Shown piece by piece: positions 23,496 through 38,400 of a DNA stretch of 64,000 nucleotides; positions within the stretch are counted from its first letter, which is position 1; each line of letters opens with the position of its first letter. The stretch lies in NCBI RefSeq assembly GCF_037042905.1, contig NC_087246.1, forward strand, positions 10,108,001-10,172,000. Reading direction: 5' to 3'. The stretch comes from Lytechinus pictus (Eukaryota). The notes under the pieces were generated by a model. It had not been told where the DNA came from. It did not search any database and saw only the letters and a list, made by a program, of their open reading frames with translations. Position numbers and translations under genes: made by a program.

Positions 23496-26400
23496 ATGAT
23501 AAAGCTCATTATGATCTTTATCATTATTACTACAATAACTATTATCAATATTCATATCCTTTAAGGTCATGGAATCCTAAAATCAAGGTCGGCTGGTTCA
23601 CAACCCAGGTAAGATTTTTTGGTTTATTTTTATGATCTTTCATTCAGGTTTTCAGAAAGTTTTTGTCTCTGAGTAATAGTAATAAAAAATAATAATTGGA
23701 TTTATATAACACTTTTTCCAGAGGATACATAGTGCTGTTGATGGCATAAGACAAGTTAATGTTTATGGTTATATTATTGTGTTTTGAGATGTTTTTTGTA
23801 GAGGTCAAGAGAAGAGAGGTTTTGGAGAAATGGAGGGAGTTTGTTCCAAAGATGGGGCTTTCTGCAACTGCAGAATGAAGAGAGTATGTAGATCTATGTA
23901 GCTGAAATAATGAAGAAATGTAAGAAAGAAGTGTGGTTGACAGAGATTTAAATGTTTGAACAAGTATTTAATAATGTATTCTATCAGAAACAGCCAGTGA
24001 AGTTCATTTAGAAGAGGGGTAGCATGACACCATTTTGCTTTTTGACAGATTAAGCGTGCCCATTTGCTCTGAAGGCATTGAAGTCTTCCTAGATCTTTAT
24101 TACTAATACCCCCAATACTCCCAAGCAAGCACTCACCATAGTCATCCTGGAGAGCACAAATGCTCTAACAACATTTTGACATGTGTCCATATACAAGAAA
24201 ATTCTGATGCGATTGAGATTGTATATTTGCCAGTTGAGAGTATGACTCAAGTATGTTACATGCTCAGTCATTGTCATTTCACTATAAAAAAAACCTCCTA
24301 AATCCTTAATGGTTGAAGATATTGGAATATATATGTCAATAAAGAAAAAGAAAGGTAAAGGAACTGATTCTGGTAGATTGTCACATCTTAATCCATATAC
24401 TAAATCTGCATTTTGTGTTAGTTCATCATAGTAAATGTTACCAATGAGTTTAATATTAATTGAATTATTAATTTAGCCAAAATTATTTTGCTGATATGAC
24501 TAAATGTATTGTCATAATTATTGTTTGGTTTATATACCTTGTATCTGTATATTTGTTTATCACCAGTGAGAATCAAACTTTTATCTATTGGATGAATAAT
24601 CAAATCAAGGTCAAATATACACTTGCACAAAGATTTCCAACTTTGAAAAAAGAAGTACATCTCTGTCATTCTTTAACAGCTTTATGATATAATAAATTAT
24701 TTAGTTATTTAATGGTTAAAACAACTGCATAAAATTCAGTATCCAAAAGGTTTATAATACTACAATCGTAATATCCATTCTCTTTCTTTAATTGACTTAT
24801 AGGCCAAGAGTTAGGTTTGTGCCCCCTGTTCAACGCAAGCTGTCAAACCAGCCAAATCAAACCAAAAGCCAGGTATCCCTTGCATCATCACAAGAGGACT
24901 TGTTCAGTGAAAATTTGAATGATTTGCTTAGTCTACAAGGCCCTCTGGAGAAAGGACAAGACTTAGATGATCAACCCTACCCAAGTCAGTCAATAAAAGA
25001 GGCTTATGACCAGATTCCAGTTCCACCACAACTCAGTCATAGTCAAGATGATGACTTGCCACCTTCCATTCATATCCCAGGTACCTCAAAAATTTTTAGA
25101 AAAAATCTGCAAAATAAAGCGATTCTTTAAAATTGATGACATTTAGTGCTGTGTCAACTATAAATAATAAGTGAAAGTATGAATACAGCATTCTCAATTT
25201 TGTTAGTAAAGTAAGTTACTTTCTGCATTGAAGTCTTCATTGTGCATATGAATATGATAAAGTGATTTATAAGCAAGGATCACAAATCTAGTATTTTTAT
25301 CTTTTTTTGTCATTCCATTATCAGCCTTACAAACTCCTGGAGGAACAAAGAGAGGGGCCAAATGCTTGCGTTCCATCGAAGAAATACGTATCCTTTTCTT
25401 AAACCATAATGGGTCAATAATATCTCATGATATATTCTCCATCAGCTTCTGGTGCTTTTGAAAATTTACACAAGTATTTATTCCATGACAGTATTCGAAG
25501 CAATATATTTGAGTCTCTTCCTTTCTCATGTTTAACTATTTCTAATTCAATATTTAGTATTTGTCATTGTGCCTCTGTATCTCTCCTATAAAATGATGCC
25601 CAACATAGAAATATGTTAGATATTTTGTGAGTATTTGAATAATTCATGATCCACTCTTGTATGTTGTACCTCCTTAATATCAAACTCTTATCAGCTGATC
25701 AGTACAGATCCATCTTTTCATTCTCATACTTCAACTTTGTGCAATCACAAGTTCTTGATGATGTAAGTTACACTTTTTACTGTATTCCTTGACTATCTTT
25801 GTGCTATTTCTTGAAATTGTGATAAGTTTTCTGCTGAAACAATTAATAATTCTTATTAGATTCAGGTTTTTTTCCCACTTAGGTTAGATCGAGTGTTTGA
25901 TATCAGTCTATACACTAAGCGGATAGAAGATGAGTACCGGTACCAATAATATCATTGGTAGTTTCTTCCAATACCAGAAAACATTTTCATGTTTTAATAT
26001 TTAAGCAAAATAATAAATAAGGTAATGAAAGAAGGATTGAATAAGATGTCATTCATTCTGTTTTTTTTACTTTTAGATATTGTATACTGATAAACCTCTG
26101 GTTGTGAGTGCTCCAACAGGATCAGGAAAGACAGTCCTCTTTGAGCTAGCTATTCTCAGACTGTTGATCTCTCAAGGAGGTTATGATAATAGGACGAAAG
26201 TGGTATATAGTAAGTTGCCTTTCATAGAAACTTCTACCCCTCATTGAATAGAACTAATAGCAGTGGTGACAACTTTGCCATGAATGATAAATACCATGGT
26301 AACATTGCCTAACACCCAATCAAATGAAGATTTCTATTGAAGTTATCAACAATAGCAAAGTAAAAATAGTGGTAAGTTTGATGCAATGGGGCCACCAAAT

Positions 26401-29400
26401 TTCTGCTGTAGTAGTGTATTGGTGTTGTTTATGGAGATATATTATAGAAACAACAAAAAATATCAATAAAAACTCCATTAACAACATTTGATATCAATAT
26501 TTCACCCATAGTGCTTCTTCAGGACATTGCCAAAGTATGTAATAAATTCTAAATATGAGATACTAGTAGAAGGGTGTGATTACAGAAAGAGTCAAGAAAA
26601 TGGTTTTAAAAGAAAATAAGCCAGAAAAACAGACCACAGAAACAGAAATCAAAGGAATGAATGAAGTTGTTCTTTATTCATAGATTATAGCTACAAGGTT
26701 TAATATATTGAGTAAATTACCATTTCGTCTATATCCACTTCATCTACTATTCATTTAGTCTCATCCAACATGGTCTAATCTTACTTTGTCTACAACCAGT
26801 TGGTCTACTTAACCATTTGGTCTTATTGGCATTTGCCCTATTTATCTATTCGTGTCTGTATTGTTAAATGAAATACTTATGAATATGCAAAAAAAAATTA
26901 TTTGACAAAGTAAAATAATAAATAAAGAAATGGAAATTGACCAACTTGCCAATAGACTAAATGAAATAAGACTAAGTGGCCTGCATTCTGACTAAATGAA
27001 ATTAGACTAATTGGCCTTCATTCTGACTAAAATGAAATTTTAACAAATTCAACCACTATAATTAAAGATTTATGTCAATTGCCTATCCGTAGTTGAATCA
27101 CGACTAAACCAGAGCTTAAAGATAAATTCCAGTTGTGGGAACGATCTCAAAATTGCTTTTTACAGAATTTAATATAATGATCACCAACGTGTCTGTTTGT
27201 ATGAATAAAAAATATGTGCCAAAGGATTCTGGAAGAAATTGTGTAATTGCTGAGAAATAAGCAAAATAAGCACGGATTCTGTCACTTCCGTCAGGTCTTT
27301 ATTCCAGCAATAATAATACACTGTCCCAAGTGTGCCTATCTGTGTTGGCGATCTTCAGTGTGATCGTTTCTTAGCTAGATATTATGATTTCACAAAGTTC
27401 AGTTTATGTAACTGTACCAGATCTAGATCCACGGTGATATATCAATACTTTACCTTGGTTTTACAGACTTTCTCACGAAATCAGTGTTTTACTGCAACTA
27501 CGTTCATTTAGCTTTAAATTAAACCCAAGTGCAGATACGGGCCAGTAAGTATTATACCAAATGTAGGGTAGACCAAGTGGCAATTAGACAAAATGGTGAT
27601 ATAAGACAATTTGAGAATTAGATTAATTTATAAAAACTATCTATTGTTCAATGATTTGTTTATTATAATCCATCTTTTCTCTTATCAAACCATCTTTCAT
27701 CTACTGTAGTGGCTCCCATCAAGGTTTTATGCAGCCAGCGATGTGATGAATGGAAGGAGAAGTTTGAACCACTGGGATTAAAATGTCAAGAGTTGACAGG
27801 AGACACTGATATTGAAGACTTCTATCAGCTACAAGCTGTCAATATCATCTTTACCACACCGGTCTGTGTTTCTTTATTTCATATTTTGTGTAATATATGG
27901 AGCTAGTTCAAGTAGAGTGTTGGTATCATAATTTAGAGTATAAATCAAGCTATACAAATCTAGTACCAAACATTATTGATAGCTTAACACACTGTGATTC
28001 AGTTAGTGATTCCAAGTTTGGTGCTGATGCTGTGTTGAGTGTATGAATCATAGTGCCCTAACCTAGATCTAGCACTGAATGAGGGTTTACAAATATGATG
28101 TCAATCACGTTACTGATAGCTAAACACCTAGTGAAGCAAGCTTAAGCACGGCATCATTTAAGTTTGATGTTATGCTGGTGTTGATATTGTCAAAACCTAA
28201 TAACACAAGCATTTAAATCAGATTTTGAAGTCACCCTCTTCCCATTCATATTTTCATCTCTTTGATGAAAACATTTTTTTTCTTTAAAATGAATGAAATT
28301 AGAAAAAGTAAATAGAAAAATAGTATAGCTATTGATATGCTTTGAAAAAAAAATTGTATAGAGTACAATCATATGCAACTATTCAATGAATATCATAACT
28401 GCAACATAATATGAAATAGCTCTCAAATTATTTTACATTAGAATATAATATAACCTGTTTATTTCATATGATCAACTTGAATTGATCACCACATTTAATT
28501 ACTTTTCATCTTTATTTTAAAGGACGTATTCAACTTATTATCATGTAGATCATATTACAAAGAAATGCAGTACATTCAAATCATAATGAACCAGAACTGG
28601 TTTGAAAGTCATTTCTCTTTAATACATACACTTTGATCAATCATAAATTGAATTTGATTTAAATCAATTGTATAACTCTTTAAATTCTAAACTTAAATGG
28701 TTTGAATGTGTTTCATTTCTGTAGGAGAAATGGGATAGCATGACAAGGAAATGGAGGGACAATCATTCTTTGGTTCAACTTGTCAAACTGTTCCTCATCG
28801 ATGAAGTGAGTAATTTGCTTTACTGTTTTGATTTTTTCTCTTTTATTCATATAAATTTTATGTTGGAGTGGACTTGCACTTTAAACCTGACAGAATGTGC
28901 CCATATGAAAATTGAAAGCAAGGGTCGGCCTTTAGTAAATTTTGTGAAAATTTGAAAATTGGCAATAATTTCACTCTTTTATTATCATTTTCCTGTTTAT
29001 TCTGGTTATAATTATTATTTATTTATTTTTTCATTTATTGTACTTTTTGCCACTCCTTTACTACCCCAATGAAAATTTGAAATACTATTTTTGCTATCAT
29101 TTATTTCTTCATATTATTTATTCATCTACTTTAGTTCTTGCCCCCCATGCTTTCCCCACTGAATATATCATAACCATGCCTATCATTTCATATTCCCTAT
29201 CCCTTTATCCGCCAGGTGCATTCATTAAATGAAGAAACCAGAGGGGCTACTGTAGAGGCTGTTATCAGTAGGATGAAGACTGTCCAGGCCTCACTACCAG
29301 ACCATCAGACAAACTCAGCACCTCAGGATCAGAGCAGCGGCTCAGGATTACGGTTCCTTGCAGTCTCTGCGACCATACCAAACATCAAGGATGTAAGTAT

Positions 29401-32400
29401 TAAAAAAAAACACCATGGTAGCTTCTATTTTTAGGATGAAGAATGGATAATGTAAATGACATAACATTGAATATTTAGTGGTCAATATATGGTTGCGATA
29501 TTAATGAAAAAAAAACCAAATGGTAATAATAATCCTAAGACAGAGTGACTGCACAGATTAAAATTTTTCTCACTTTTCTTTTACCCCTTTTGTTTTAGTG
29601 AGGTGAGGGAAATATATATAATTGTAGCAATTTTCACACACAACATAAATCAATTAATGCATACATTTTTCTTGCAGATTGCTGGATGGCTTGGATTTGG
29701 AAATAACACAGCTGTCTATCACAAGTGAGTATATAAACACAGACTTTTTCAAAGTATTCCGTTAAAACATGCAGTTCAAAAATATAACCACAGAACAAGT
29801 AGTGATCCTTTTTACAGAATGTTTCCATCAAAACTTCAAGTGTGTTTTCAACTCTTGTATACTTGTACACTAGTATCACATATTACAATTAGAATCATCA
29901 CAGCTCAATTTTCCCTGATTACTTTGTAAAGGATGACATGATCTTGCAGTTTAAAAACAAGTCTGTAAACACACAATGAATACACAAGATACCCAAAATA
30001 AAAATATGCTGTCTGTGCAGATGTTTGTTCATTTTCCCCCCATTTTAGATTTGATGACAGCCACAGACCAGTGAAGCTTCGTAAGGTCGTGCTTGGCTAC
30101 CCCTGCTCTGAAAACTTCTCAGAGTTCAAGTTTGATCTATCTCTAAACTACAAGCTGAGTGGAGTCATCCAGACCTATTCAGAAAACAAACCTTCTCTTG
30201 TGGTAAGAACTTTAGACAATCACTTTTCACCGTACCATATAATACTGTTTTCCTCGATTGTCAACTTTCAAAATGCCATTATTGGAGTTCCTTTTCCTGA
30301 TTTGATTCAATTCAATTTTGTCTGACAAGTGGTCAGATCTTACAAATTTTCTTGATTCTTATTGGCTGAGAAGCACTGCTTCTATGGAAACTGTCAGATA
30401 AAACAGGGCTCCAAAAGTCCAACAAGTCCTTTCATGAAACACTCCACTGCAATCACAACTAATATCATCACCACCAATACATCTATAACTTGGGGGTTAG
30501 AACCGTGTATCTCTAAATTCAAAGATTTTGAGGGCAGCTCAGAACAGCCACATTTTAAAAATAAAGCATTGGTGACAACCACTTATTGTCAGACAAAAGT
30601 CTCTAAATTCCTGTAGAGAACTCTTTCTTGGCAAAAGAAGGTTTTTTATTTGCGTCCCAACTCTAAAATAATGGTTATCCTGAGCTGTCCTCAAAATTGT
30701 TGAATTTTAGGATACAAGGTTTGAACACAACAGCGACAATATGCCAGGACTTTATATATCTGCTCATTTTTTTCCTTTCCATCATAAGTTCAAATGAACA
30801 TATTACTAATTCATGTTTACTCATATTCAGTTCTGTGCTACTAGGAAAGCTGTCGAACAGGCTGCTTCTATCCTGGTGAAAGAAGCTAGATTCATCTTGA
30901 ATGCACAGTGCAAACAGAGACTACAGATGTACAATAATAGGATCAGAGATTCCAAGCTCAGAGGTGTGTTAAAACAATACTGGTTGCCACAGAATCTTGG
31001 GTGATCTCTGTACAAAGCAAATTGGAAAGACAGAATTAAATTAGATTGATAATTAAAGTTGATCATCTGTTGTTTACTGTGATAATTGTCGAAGGTCATA
31101 TTAAACTATACATTTGTGTATTTCAGATAGGTTGATATATTTTAATGGGACTTCATCTTTACTTGACATACTGGAATAATGATGAATTTCTTCTTTTGCA
31201 ATCAAAGTTGGAGAAAGATATAATAAAGTTTCATTGTATAGATAGTCTAAAATTGGTCACTTCTTATGTTTCTGTAAAAGAATATTATTTCACATTGTAG
31301 ATAAGTCTTTAACAAAAACCTGTGCATAGCTTTAACAAGTGTAGTCAAAACCCACTATTTTGTAGTAAATATATGAATTATTGATAGCAAAGACAGAATT
31401 TATGCTGTTTACAATATGGCACAAAAATTGCCCCACAAAATTGATTAGGATCATATTCTGTTTGACAGATCTTGTAATGAATGGAGTAGGATACCACCAT
31501 GCTGGATTGGACCTACAAGACAGGAAGGCTATTGAAGAGATGTTCCTACAAGGGGATCTACCTGTACTCAGTAAGCTAATCACTTTTATTCACTCCACAA
31601 TGATACTGTCTTCAATGTCCATGATATAAAAAGTGCTGTTCACACTATGCATTTGTAAATTCTTTTATATGTGCAGTATATATAAAACTAGGCAATGCTT
31701 TTCCCACTGTATTTCAAACTTCTTTCATATCTGCAGTAGATAAAAACTGGGCACTGCTATTCTTATTATGCATTTGTAACATCTTTCATATCTGCAGTAG
31801 ATAGGCACTGCTATTCTCACTATCCATGTGTAACATCTTTCATATCTGCCGTAGATATAAAACTGGGCACTGCTATTCTTATTATGCATTTGTAACATCT
31901 TTCATATCTGCAGTAGACAGGCACTACTATTCTCACTATGCATTTGTAACATCTTTCGTACCTGCAGTAGATATAAAACTAGGTACTGCTATTCTCACTT
32001 TGCATTTGTAACATCTTTCATATCTACAGTAGATATAAAACAAGGTACTACTATTCTCACTTTGCATTTGTAACATCTTTCATATCTGCAGTAGATATAA
32101 AACTAGGTACTACTATTCTCACTTTGCATTTGTAACATCTTCCATATCAGCAGTAGATATAAAACTAGGCACTGCTATTTTCACTATGCATTTGTAACAT
32201 CTTTTATATCTGCAGTAGACAGGCACTGCTATTCTCACTATCCATTTGTAACATCTTCCATCTGCAGTAGATATAAAACTAGGTACTGCTATTCTCACTT
32301 TGCATTTGTAACATCTTTCATATCTGCAGTAGATATAAAACTAGGCACTGCTATTCTCACTATGCATTTGTAACATCTTTCATATCTGCAGTAGATATAA

Positions 32401-35400
32401 AACTAGGCACTGCTATTCTCACTTTGCATTTGTAACATCTTTCATATCTGCAGTAGATATAAAACTAGGCACTGCTATTCTCACTATGCATTTGTAACAT
32501 CTTCCATATCTGCAGTAGATATAAAACTAGGCACTGCTATTTTCACTATGCATTTGTAACATCTTCCATCTGCAGTAGATATAAAACTAGGCACTGCTAT
32601 TCTCACTATGCATTTGTAACATCTTCCATCTGCAGTTGATATAAAACTAGGTACTACTATTCTCACTTTGCATTTGTAACATCTTTCATATCTGCAGTAG
32701 ATATAAAACTAGGCACTGCTATTCTCACTATGCATTTGTAACATCTTCCATATCTGCAGTAGATATAAAACTAGGCACTGCTATTTTCACTATGCATTTG
32801 TAACATCTTTCATATCTGCAGTAGATATAAAACTAGGCACTGCTATTTTCACTATGCATTTGTAACATCTTCCATCTGCAGTTGATATAAAACTAGGTAC
32901 TACTATTCTCACTTTGCATTTGTAACATCTTTCATATCTGCAGTAGATATAAAACTAGGCACTGCTATTTTCACTATGCATTTGTAACATCTTTCATATC
33001 TGCAGTAGATATAAAACTAGGCACTGCTATTCTCACTATCCATGTGTAACATCTTTCATATCTGCAGTAGATATAAAACTAGGCACTGCTATTCTCACTT
33101 TGCATTTGTAACATCTTTCATATCTGCAGTAGATATAAAACTAGGTACTACTATTCTCACTATGCATTTGTAACATTTTTCATATCTGCAGTAGATATAA
33201 AACTAGGTACTACTATTCTCACTATGCATTTGTAACATTTTTCATATCTGCAGTAGATATAAAACTAGGTACTGCTATTCTCACTTTGCATTTGTAACAT
33301 CTTTCATATCTGCAGTAGATATAAAACTAGGCACTGCTCTTCTCACTATGCATTTGTAACATTTTTCATATCTGCAGTAGATATAAAACTAGGTACTACT
33401 ATTCTCACTATGCATTTGTAACATTTTTCATATCTGCAGTAGATATAAAACTAGGTACTACTATTCTCACTATCCATGTGTAACATCTTTCATATCTGCA
33501 GTAGATATAAAACTAGGCACTGCTGTTCTTATTATGCATTTGTAACATTTTTCATATCTGCAGTAGATATAAAACTAGGTACTACTATTCTCACTATGCA
33601 TTTGTAACATTTTTCATATCTGCAGTAGATATAAAACTGGGCACTGCTGTTCTCACCATGAATTTGTAATATATTTCATATCTGCAGTAGATATAAAAAT
33701 AGGCACTGCTATTCTCACTTTACATTTGTAACATCTTTCATATCTGCAGTAGATATAGAATCACTGCTATTCTCACCATGAATTTGTAATATCTTTCATA
33801 TCTGCAGTTGATATAAAAGTAGGCACGGAGATTCTTACTATGCATTTGTAACATCTTTCATATCTGCAGTAGACAGGCACTGCTATTCTCACTATGCATT
33901 TGTAACATCTTTCGTACCGGCAGTAGATGTAAAACTAGGTACTACTATTCTCACTTTGCATTTGTAACATCTTCCATATCTGCAGTAGATATAAAACTAG
34001 GCACTGCTATTCTCACTATGCATTTGTAACATTTTTCATATCTGCAGTAGATGTAAAACTAGGCACTGCTATTTTCACTTTGCATTTGTAACATCTTCCA
34101 TATCTGCAGTAGATATAAAACTAGGCACTGCTCTTCTCACCATGCATTTGTAACATCTTTCGTAATTCGTACCTGCAGTAGATGTAAAACTAGGCACCGC
34201 TATTCTCACTTTGCATTTGTAACATCTTCCATATCTGCAGTAGATATAAAACTAGGTACTACTATTCTCACTTTGCATTTGTAACATCTTTCATATCTGC
34301 AGTAGATATAAAACTAGGCACTGCTCTTCTCACTATGCATTTGTAACATCTTTCGTAATTCGTACCTGCAGTAGATGTAAAACTAGGCACCGCTATTCTC
34401 ACTTTGCATTTGTAACATCTTTTGTAATTCGTACCTGCAGTAGATGTAAAACTAGGTACTACTATTCTCACTTTGCATTTGTAACATTTTTCATATCTGC
34501 AGTAGATATAAAACTAGGCACTGCTGTTCTCACCATGAATTTGTAATATATTTCATATCTGCAGTAGATATAAAAGTAGGCACTGCTATTCTCACTTTAC
34601 ATTTGTAACATCTTTCATATCTGCAGTAGATATAGAATCACTGCTATTCTCACCATGAATTTGTAATATCTTTCATATCTGCAGTTGATATAAAAGTAGG
34701 CACGGATATTCTTACTATGCATTTGGAACATCTTTCATATCTGCAGTAGATGTAAAACTAGGCACTGCTATTCTCACTATGCATTTGTAACATCTTTCAT
34801 ATCTGCAGTAGATATAAAACTAGGCACTACTATTCTCACTATGCATTTGTAACATCTTCCATCTGCAGTAGATATAAAACTAGGCACTGCTATTCTCACT
34901 ATGCATTTGTAACATCTTCCATATCTGCAGTAGATATAAAACTAGGCACTGCTATTCTCACTATGCATTTGTAACATCTTTCATATTTGCAGTAGATATA
35001 AAACTAGGCACTGCTATTCTCACTATGCATTTGTAACATCTTTCGTAATTCGTACCTGCAGTAGATGTAAAACTAGGCACCGCTATTCTCACTTTGCATT
35101 TGTAACATCTTCCATATCTGCAGTAGATATTAAACTAGGCACTGCTGTTCTCACCATGAATTTGTAATATATTTCATATCTGCAGTAGATATAAAAGTAG
35201 GCACTGCTATTCTCACTTTACATTTGTAACATCTTTCATATCTGCAGTAGATATAGAATCACTGCTATTCTCACCATGAATTTGTAATATCTTTCATATC
35301 TGCAGTTGATATAAAAGTAGGCACGGAGGTTCTTACTATGCATTTGTAACATCTTTCATATCTGCAGTAGATATAGAACTAGGCACTGCTATTCTTATTA

Positions 35401-38400
35401 TGCATTTGTAACATCTTTCATATCTGCAGTAGATATAAAACTAGGCACTACTATTCTCACGATGCATTTGTAACATCTTCCATCTGCAGTAGATATAAAA
35501 CTAGGCACTGCTATTCTCACTATGCTTTTGTAACATCTTCCATATCTGCAGTAGATATAAAACTAGGCACTGCTATTCTCACTATGCATTTGTAACATCT
35601 TTCATATCTGCAGTAGATGTAAAACTAGGCACTGCTATTCTCACTATGCATTTGTAACGTCTTTCATATTTGCAGTAGAATTAAAATTATGTACTGCTGT
35701 TTTCATCTTTCGTTTACATTTTCTCCCAAATCAGTATGGTGAACTTTACTAATTGTTATAATTGTCACAATGTTTCAAGTAGATATGAACAAAACTAGAA
35801 TTGTTTACACATGCATCTGGGGAAAATATGAAAGTAGGAACCACTGTTCACACTATTAGCCTTTTGTATTTTATGAATCCCCTCTGACCTAAAACGTTAA
35901 ACATTTCTTATTTCCTTGCAGTCAAACACAAACTTTACTCATTATTTGTTTCTAAATCACTTAATTGCAGTGGCCACAAGTACCCTTGCAATGGGTGTGA
36001 ACCTGCCCGCTCACCTTGTAGTTGTCAAGTCAACTCAGCACTATGCCTGTGGGATGTATACAGAATACAGTGAGACACAGATCCTACAAATGATTGGGAG
36101 AGCTGGAAGACCACAATTTGATATCACAGCCACTGCAGTTATCATGACTAAACACAAGACAAAGGTTGGCAAAACTACTTCAACTTTTCGAAATAACCAC
36201 TACTTTTGTTTGGTCATTTCAATATAACATAAGAACCATCTTTAAAACATAACACTGTGAAGAACATCAATTTGGTATTATTTGATTTACTCCATTTTCA
36301 TTTCAAAACTCAGAAATAGAAAGTATGTTATATATCCTGCTTGATATTGAAAAAAAAACAATGAACATGACCAAAGGAAAGCTTTTGTGCAAAAACCTAA
36401 AATCTTTTATTTCTTCCCCCATTTTTATCTTCTGTTAAATCATTATTTTCTACAGATGAAATATGACAATCTCCTGAATGGAACTGAAGAAATAGAGAGC
36501 AGGTAAATATGTTTTTCTTCTAATACTCTACATTGATGCAATCTAAACTTTAAAAATAAATTTAAATTGTGAATGAATTATCTTTCTAAAAATAAATGTT
36601 CCCTCATCATTGTCCTTGGTCTGTTTTGAGTCTTTTTTTATATTGCTACTAACTGACTTACTTTTTGCCATTTTCTTCTGTAGTGTTTAACCTTCTGTCT
36701 TTTTGTGATAACCCCTGCCTCATCCTGACATCATCTTCCCATTGCATTAAAAAATCTCCTGCCACCCTTCCACCCTTCCTTCCTTTCTCTCTTTCACTGA
36801 CGTTCTTCATCTCTCTTTCTTTGTCTTTTTTATTTACTTCCCTCTCTATCCTTTTTCTATTTCTTTCTCTTTCATATATGTTTCTTTCTTCTCTGTCTAA
36901 ATCTCCTTTGTTTTTCTTTCTCTCTACCTGTCTATCTATCATGCACATCTCCTACTTTCTCCCTCTTTCTATCTGTCTCCCTCTCTTGCTCTCTATTTAT
37001 CTTTCTTTCCCCTTTGTCTCTCTCTTCAGTCTTCATAACCATTTGATAGAGCACCTGAATGCTGAGATAGTCCTACATACCATTAACAACATGGACATCG
37101 CCTTGGAGTGGCTCAAGTCTACCTTCCTCTACATACGCATTCAGAAGAATCCCACACACTATGGTCTTCCAAAGGGACTCACACAGCTAGAGTTAGAAAA
37201 GAAACTGAAAGGTATAATGACAATTTTTGATAGTGATGAATAGATATTAATCGATATATATGTCTGTACTATATATATATATATATATATATATCACTGA
37301 GAACCATTCAATTACATATTGCATACTCACTCTGTTTCTTTAATGTAATTTGGGGGGTTAACAACCCCATATTTTGATTTTCAAAAATACTATCATAATT
37401 GAAATTGTTTTTTTGTTTTGTATAAAGCTTATGTGTAAATATATATTTTTTATGTGGTCATATATGTTTAGAGTGGAATAGAAAGTCATTGGGATTTCAG
37501 TAATGTGTTTTAAGGTTTTCCTTATCCATGTAACCTGAACTTTAAGCTGTAATCCTATATTTATATTCTCTTTTTTCAATACGTTTTTGAGTGGTATGAA
37601 TTTATTGTGCAGCAGAGTGATTTCCACATTTTATTCTAATTTTTAAATCCTACAATTGATCACTTTGCTATAGGTCTAGGGCCACAGAGAGTATTTTATA
37701 AATTATCTATAGGCCAATACTTTTCCTCTAAGAACACATGTTGCTTGTGTACTTTAGATGTAGCATGATTTGAGAAATGTATTTTTTTTACATTCATTCA
37801 CAAGAAATGTGCACTAAAGACTTGGCATCATTGGCTAGCATCAATCTCATACAGATGGATCAAGGGAGTAAAGTACTCAAGCCTCTTGGTAAATATAAAT
37901 TTTGCATTCCTCCATATTAGCTGCATAGGATATAGAGAACTTTTGACTTTAATATTTTTTATTTGCATCCTGCAAGATTTACTACTCCTTGTTATGAGGC
38001 TGTTATTAACCCTTTCCATGCGTACTTCGCATGTATGCACACTTGGTGCCATGTGAACTTCGCATTTCACACTCAAGCAAACAATGCATTGTTACCCTCC
38101 CTGAAAAGAATTCAGCACAGAGGGGTTCGTGGCCCAGCGCACAAAGAGTTAACAAAAAACACCAAATGAACTTTTAAAGTCTGATGTTTTACCGTAGTTG
38201 CTATCTTTGTAGTACAATCGTAAAATTGGCCACATCCATTTTCTTTCCATGATTCCCTTGCAGTAATTACACATGGTTTCCGAAGAGCATTTAAATATGT
38301 GGCAACAAGCAAAATTCATTTGACTTGTACAACACTCTCATATTCAGCAACCTCAAATAGAAGAACTAGCACACAAAATCAGATTCAACAGAAAAATTCT

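Noticed and set aside
23243..23548. Poly-Thr/Tyr ORF
   Set aside because: Antisense translation of the (TAG)n microsatellite.
31640..35700. CRISPR-like array
   Set aside because: Head-to-tail units with no unique spacers, no cas genes, and a eukaryotic intron context. The same applies to the 67-, 83- and 92-bp arrays.
36665..37029. Hydrophobic N-terminal extension of the 192-aa ORF
   Set aside because: CT-rich intronic low-complexity tract; the real exon starts at acceptor 37030.
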